64,000 nucleotides of DNA from Acidobacteriota bacterium (GTDB lineage Bacteria; Acidobacteriota; UBA6911; RPQK01; JAJDTT01), in contig CBDCLS010000004.1 of NCBI GenBank assembly GCA_965218775.1, forward strand, positions 1,146,152-1,210,151, written 5' to 3'. The position numbers and the translations under genes are program-made. The notes beneath the pieces were generated by a model. The model searched no databases, was not told the DNA's origin, and was given only the letters and a program-made list of their open reading frames with translations. Below are positions 59,329-64,000 of this stretch, one piece after another (within the stretch, counting starts at the first letter, position 1; each line of letters starts with the position of its first letter).

Positions 59329-60969
59329 CTAGGGGGTTTGCGAGGTCGCGGGACTATCGGCCACCTTGCTGCGTAGGAACTTGGCGAGCTGGGCCTGATG
59401 AAAGAGGCGCACGTAGACTTGTTCCGCCAGTCGAATCAGCGGAATTTCCGGCATGAACTCGAAGAATCTCCAGCGGAGCCGCAATCTGAGGTAGTGGTAA
59501 TAGAGGCCGTGGATGGCCATCAGGACCGGCTTGAAGCGATTGTCGCAGAATCGCTCGAAGGCGCGGCGTTCGAAGAACCGGCTCATCACGTTGACCTTGG
59601 TGATGAATCGCTTCTGTCGGGGCGTGAGAAATGGATTGTTGTTCTCTCCAAAGTGGAAATGGCTCCATCCCTCGAGGCTATCGGGAAAGGTCATGCCATA
59701 TACGAGGCGAGCCTTGTCGTAGAGCGTCGTCCCTGGATAGGGCGTGTAGATGGCGACCGGAGCGACTCCGGCACCCTTGTTGGAACCTAAAAGCTCAAAC
59801 ATGAAGTCGACGGTTTCCAGGGTCTCCTTGCGCTCTTCCTTGGGAAATCCCGCCATGAAGCCGTACTTGACGTAAACGTCAGAACCGGACAGTAGCTGGT
59901 TGACCTCCCGGACCTGGTCCAGCGTGGTTCTCTTCAGAATCTCCTTGAGGCGTTCCTCGGATCCGGATTCCACACCAATCCAAAGCTCCTTGAAGCCCGC
60001 CCGGTAGAGCTTGTCGATCATCTCGGGACTGCGCTTGTAGAGGTAGTCGATGCGGCAGGGGACCTGTATCAGAAGCTTCAGGTCCTTCTCGATCAAGAGA
60101 TCGCAGATCTCCTCGACGCGGCCGGGGTGGCCGAAGAAGTAGTCGTCTTCGATAAAGAGGGAGCGAATCCGGAAGCGATCGACCAGGTCCACGATATCTG
60201 AAACGACCCTTTCGGCCGAGTGGTAGCGAAACCTGCGCTCGTTGAACTTGAGGTTGTAGCAGAATTCGCAGTCGAAAGGACATCCGCGGCTGGTCACTAA
60301 CTGGAGCTGTGCCTCGCCGGTAGAAGGAGCGCGGGTAAAGTAGTGCTCCATCTCCAGCAGATCGTAGTTGGGCTTGGGGATCACATCTAGGTCTTCGATC
60401 AGCGGAACCGTCTCGGTGAACTTGAGCTGACCCTGTTCCTTGTAGCCGATGCCGGGCACCGTGCTCAGATCGTTCTTTTCGCGGAGGCAATCCGCCAGTT
60501 TGACCAGGGTGATCTCGCCTTCGCCCTTGACCACCACATCGCAGAAATCGTCCTTGAGTGTCGAGTCCGGACAAAGCGTCGGGTGGACCCCACCCCAGAC
60601 CAGGGGTAGTGCGGGATCGGTCTGACGGACGACCTTGGCCGCCTGAAGGCCGCCGCGGATCTGAACCCCGGTGATGCTGGAAATACCCACCAGAACCGGC
60701 CGCTCACGCTGGATCGAATCGGCGACGTCTTGTTCGAAGGTCTCGGTGATTCGTTCGTCCAGAATCTCGACTCGATAACCCGCCTGTTCCAGGACGCTTC
60801 CCAGGTACAGACAGGAGAGTGGAAGACCTACGTTGATGCCGAAGACATCCATTCCGGTGACCGGATAGATCAACAGGATCTTGCCCAGATCGTGATCGGT
60901 GACTCTCAGCCAGGGATACTCCGTTGTGCTATCGCTCTGCGTTACAAACCCACTCATCGCATCAGCCAC
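59329..60969 (-). CDS. cobalamin-binding radical SAM protein
   Basis: GGVHPT, SRGCPFDCEFC, GVESGS. Confidence 0.93.
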   Translation of the reverse strand: MADAMSGFVTQSDSTTEYPWLRVTDHDLGKILLIYPVTGMDVFGINVGLPLSCLYLGSVLEQAGYRVEILDERITETFEQDVADSIQRERPVLVGISSITGVQIRGGLQAAKVVRQTDPALPLVWGGVHPTLCPDSTLKDDFCDVVVKGEGEITLVKLADCLREKNDLSTVPGIGYKEQGQLKFTETVPLIEDLDVIPKPNYDLLEMEHYFTRAPSTGEAQLQLVTSRGCPFDCEFCYNLKFNERRFRYHSAERVVSDIVDLVDRFRIRSLFIEDDYFFGHPGRVEEICDLLIEKDLKLLIQVPCRIDYLYKRSPEMIDKLYRAGFKELWIGVESGSEERLKEILKRTTLDQVREVNQLLSGSDVYVKYGFMAGFPKEERKETLETVDFMFELLGSNKGAGVAPVAIYTPYPGTTLYDKARLVYGMTFPDSLEGWSHFHFGENNNPFLTPRQKRFITKVNVMSRFFERRAFERFCDNRFKPVLMAIHGLYYHYLRLRLRWRFFEFMPEIPLIRLAEQVYVRLFHQAQLAKFLRSKVADSPATSQTP

Positions 60970-61907
60970 CTTTTGTAGAGGTTCTCGGCTCCCATGGTCA
61001 AACGCGGAAAGGTCTCCTGAATTCGGGGGCGAAGACGCACCAGCGGGGTGGTCCAGGCTGGATGGTTGATGTAATCGCAGCCCTCGCAGATCTTGAGATC
61101 ATCAAAGTCACGGCGGTACAGCGAGCTTCGCTTCTGGTTGAATTCTCGGGAGTGCCAGACCTCGTAGATGCTCTGCCGTTTCAAGTCTCCCACCGTGTAC
61201 TCCGCCTCGGAGTCGAAGCAGCACATGGCCACCCGGCCATCTGCCAGGATGGTGATGTAGTGATAGAGCCGCTCGCAGAAGTTGACCTTGTGAGGGGTGC
61301 GGCCCTCGTTTTGTAACTTACCGGCCCAGTTGAAGTAGACGGCAAAGCGAACCTGGTCGGCTTCTTTCCACGCCTCTTGCAGTTGCTCCCGGGTGCCCTT
61401 GTTCTCATCGACCGTCACCATGGAAATAGATACGGTCGGTTTGGATTTCCCCATCTCGTTTCGGGTCCGGATGAAGCGGAGAACGTTGTCTCGTACCTCG
61501 TCGTAATCCAGGCCCAGGCGGATTCCTTCGAAGGTCTCCTTGTTCCCGCCGTCGATGGAGACGATGACGCTGTCTAATAGGTTCTCCTGGAGCAGTGTTT
61601 CCGTCTTTTCTGCAGAGAGCTTGGAGCCGTTGGTCGTCAGGTTGACGTGGGTCTCGGGAGCCGCCTCGCGCACGTATCTGAAGTAGTCCAGGACACCTGG
61701 AACCAACAGGGTTTCGCCATGCAGAAAGGGGAGGATCTTCTTGGCCTTCCGGCGGCCGCACTCGTCGACGATTCTCCGAAACAGCTCCATCGACATGACT
61801 TCCCTTCTGCGCTTCATGGCCGGCGTGGCGCAGATGGTGCATCGAGCGTTGCAAACGTTGGTCAGCTCGACGTAGACGTGATCTGGGAAGTCTGGGTAGC
61901 CGTACAT
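60954..61907 (-). CDS. radical SAM/SPASM protein
   Basis: CNARCTIC, DGRVAMCC, CEGC. Confidence 0.92.
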   Translation of the reverse strand: MYGYPDFPDHVYVELTNVCNARCTICATPAMKRRREVMSMELFRRIVDECGRRKAKKILPFLHGETLLVPGVLDYFRYVREAAPETHVNLTTNGSKLSAEKTETLLQENLLDSVIVSIDGGNKETFEGIRLGLDYDEVRDNVLRFIRTRNEMGKSKPTVSISMVTVDENKGTREQLQEAWKEADQVRFAVYFNWAGKLQNEGRTPHKVNFCERLYHYITILADGRVAMCCFDSEAEYTVGDLKRQSIYEVWHSREFNQKRSSLYRRDFDDLKICEGCDYINHPAWTTPLVRLRPRIQETFPRLTMGAENLYKRWLMR

Positions 61908-61952
61908 GAAAAACTACAAAGCTGGCACTACTCTCCTTGATTGGGCGCTTCT

Positions 61953-63362
61953 CTAATTCACTCGGGAGGCGTCTCCGAGCATCGATTCCGGGAGGAAGTT
62001 TCGCTCGATGGCCTTCAGATATTTCTTGCTGGAACGAAGGCTGAAGAGCTTCGGCAGCATCTTGATGAACCGGAATCGGCTCAGGAAGAACATCAGGTAG
62101 GCCTTGCGCTGAACCTTTCTCAACTGCTTGAAGCTGAAATCCTCGGTGGTGATCCGGATGACGTCATGAAGCGGATCGGCTGGATCGTACTGGCCAGACT
62201 CCACCACCTGTCGGTTCATCTCGGTACCCGCATAGGGAATCACGATGCTGAACAGTGCCTCGTCGAAATTGGTTTCGCAGGCAAAGCGGATCGTCATGTT
62301 CATCTCTTCAATGGTTTCGCTGGGAAAGCCGATCATGAAGAATCCAGTGGTCACGATTTTGTATTTCTTGGCCCAGTTGACGACGTCCCTGACCATGTGG
62401 AGCTTGAGGTACTTCTTCATCTTTGACTGAAGACGCGGACTCGCCGATTCGATGGCGATCGCCATATGGTGGGTCCCGGCGGCGGCGAGCTTCTGCATCA
62501 GCTCTTCATCGAACCGCTCCAGGCGGACACCGTTGCCAAACTGAAGGCCCACTTCGAGTCCTTCCTCCACGATCAGGTCGCAGATCTTCTTGGCTCGGTC
62601 CAGGTCGAAGTTGAAGATGTCATCTTCGATCATGAATTCCCGGATCTGATACTCGTCGTAGAGCATCTTCATTTCGGCCAGGACGTTCTCCGGACTGCGA
62701 GGACGAAACTGCTTCCCGAACAGGACGTGGCAGTAGGTGCAGTGCCAGGGACAGCCGCGGCTGGTGAAGATCTGAATGGCTCTGGAATATTTGGGAGGAT
62801 AGCGAGCCGACTCTGCCTCGACGTAGCGATCCAAGTCAAGAAGGTGGTATGCCGGGAACGGAATTGCGTCCACGTCATCGACCAGGGCGCGGGGTAAGCA
62901 CTTCTTCGAAGTGTCCTCTCCAGTCTTGTACACCAATCCGTTGACCCGGGAGAGATCGTCGCCCAGCGAGTAGGTATCCAGGAACTGCCCGAAGGTCTCT
63001 TCTCCTTCTCCCACGCAGACGAAGTCACAGTAGTCTGTGGCAATTACCTCGTCCGGCACGATGCTCGGATGCTGTCCCCCGAAGATGACCTTGATGTTGG
63101 GATCGAAGGCCTTGACCTGTCGGGCGGCAGCCTCGGCCCCTTCGAACTCAGCCGTCATGCAGCTGAGACCCGCCAGATCCCAATTCCGCTCCTTCAGCTT
63201 CTGCTCCAGGACCGGTTCCGGATCCTGCTCCAGGGCGAGGTCTATCACCTCTACGTAGTGGCCTTTCTTTTCGGCGATGGGCGCAATGTAGACCAGGCCG
63301 ATGGGTATGCCCACGACCATGTCCATGAAAGTGGGTTTTCCTCGGATGAGCAGGATGTTCAT
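61953..63362 (-). CDS. cobalamin-binding radical SAM protein
   Basis: GGQHP, SRGCPWHCTYC, IESAS; ATG at 63362. Confidence 0.93.
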   Translation of the reverse strand: MNILLIRGKPTFMDMVVGIPIGLVYIAPIAEKKGHYVEVIDLALEQDPEPVLEQKLKERNWDLAGLSCMTAEFEGAEAAARQVKAFDPNIKVIFGGQHPSIVPDEVIATDYCDFVCVGEGEETFGQFLDTYSLGDDLSRVNGLVYKTGEDTSKKCLPRALVDDVDAIPFPAYHLLDLDRYVEAESARYPPKYSRAIQIFTSRGCPWHCTYCHVLFGKQFRPRSPENVLAEMKMLYDEYQIREFMIEDDIFNFDLDRAKKICDLIVEEGLEVGLQFGNGVRLERFDEELMQKLAAAGTHHMAIAIESASPRLQSKMKKYLKLHMVRDVVNWAKKYKIVTTGFFMIGFPSETIEEMNMTIRFACETNFDEALFSIVIPYAGTEMNRQVVESGQYDPADPLHDVIRITTEDFSFKQLRKVQRKAYLMFFLSRFRFIKMLPKLFSLRSSKKYLKAIERNFLPESMLGDASRVN

Positions 63363-63379
63363 TGTCGGTTCTACCCTAG

Positions 63380-63648
63380 TACCCTGTAACACAGATTATG
63401 ACGGATTTGTGGCGAGCGCGACGGGTCGAGATCGCGAAGCGACGACGAACGCCATGCTTGGTCATAGTGGAGGAGGAGCGACAAAGATATCGGCCCGTCC
63501 CGTCGCCACCCGTAGGGCAGACGGGGGTTGTGGACGATCTCTGCGTTGGTCGTCGTCGAAGATGGCCAAGCATCGTCTTCCTCCTCCTGCCTTGATCTCG
63601 CCTCACAAGCCCCATCTGCAAATCCGTCATAATCTGTGTTACAGGGTA
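63380..63648. mobile_element. MITE family 2 (269 bp)
   Basis: Perfect 30-bp TIRs TACCCTGTAACACAGATTATGACGGATTTG; CTAG duplicated at 63376-63379 and 63649-63652. Confidence 0.92.
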
Positions 63649-63686
63649 CTAGCTGAGCGGTCATCGGCGCAGGCCCATAGCCGCAC

Positions 63687-63998
63687 CTAACGGTCGCGAA
63701 AAACCGGCACCTTATAGAACATGGCCATCTTCTCCATCTTCGGTATCCACTGCCGGATCTTGAACATGTCCACTACGAAGCTTCCCAGGATGATCGGCAT
63801 ACGGGGATTCGGAGCATGGCAATCCTGGCACTCGGGATAGTCACTCAGATCCCCACTCAGATGGGCCTGTCGCATCCTCTGCATCTGGTCCGAGTTCCAC
63901 AGGTCGAAGATCGACTGCTCTTTCACATTCCCGATGGGCTCGGACTGCCAGGTGTGGCAACAGGGAAAGAAATCCCCATCGTAGTTGACGGTAGGTGG
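63687..63998 (-). CDS. radical SAM/SPASM protein C-terminus (truncated by window)
   Basis: VNYDGDFFPCC...IGNVKEQSIFDLWN...CQDC. Confidence 0.85.
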   Translation of the reverse strand, partial: PPTVNYDGDFFPCCHTWQSEPIGNVKEQSIFDLWNSDQMQRMRQAHLSGDLSDYPECQDCHAPNPRMPIILGSFVVDMFKIRQWIPKMEKMAMFYKVPVFRDR

Positions 63999-64000
63999 TC

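Noticed and set aside
63301-63690. Small ORFs with LVPCNTDYDGF as a RiPP precursor for the radical SAM enzymes
   Set aside because: They are translations of the MITE terminal inverted repeats on both strands.

Overview
GC-rich bacterial chromosome segment, most likely Acidobacteriota. That assignment is an inference from the DUF1549/DUF1553 + DUF1501 pairs, BlaI/M56-PD40 and a UGA-containing peroxiredoxin. Positions 1-13.4 kb form a decayed mobile region: two Tn3-family right ends, an IS630 element, IS256, serine-resolvase and tyrosine-integrase remnants, repeated TGTCGC-palindrome sites, and cargo genes (BlaI-BlaR-like pair, RCC1-repeat protein, di-haem peroxidase). The rest is metabolic: etfBA, a selenocysteine peroxiredoxin with SECIS, pduO-type adenosyltransferase and DnaC-like ATPase, a putative sugar-acid catabolic operon, two cytochrome c/DUF1501 pairs, ECF sigma/anti-sigma, arfB, soxBDAG, toxin-antitoxin pairs, and a GT-C/radical SAM cluster. 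Intergenic DNA carries several repeat families: GTAG REPINs, two MITE families and hexamer-repeat hairpins. The most intriguing items are a stand-alone structured ~320-nt transcript encoding a 41-aa peptide ending RPPG, a cassette-like gene between repeated recombination-like sites, and the signal-peptide-bearing selenoprotein. Several genes carry frameshifts or a stop codon, which could be real or assembly errors. No rRNA, tRNA or CRISPR array was recognised.
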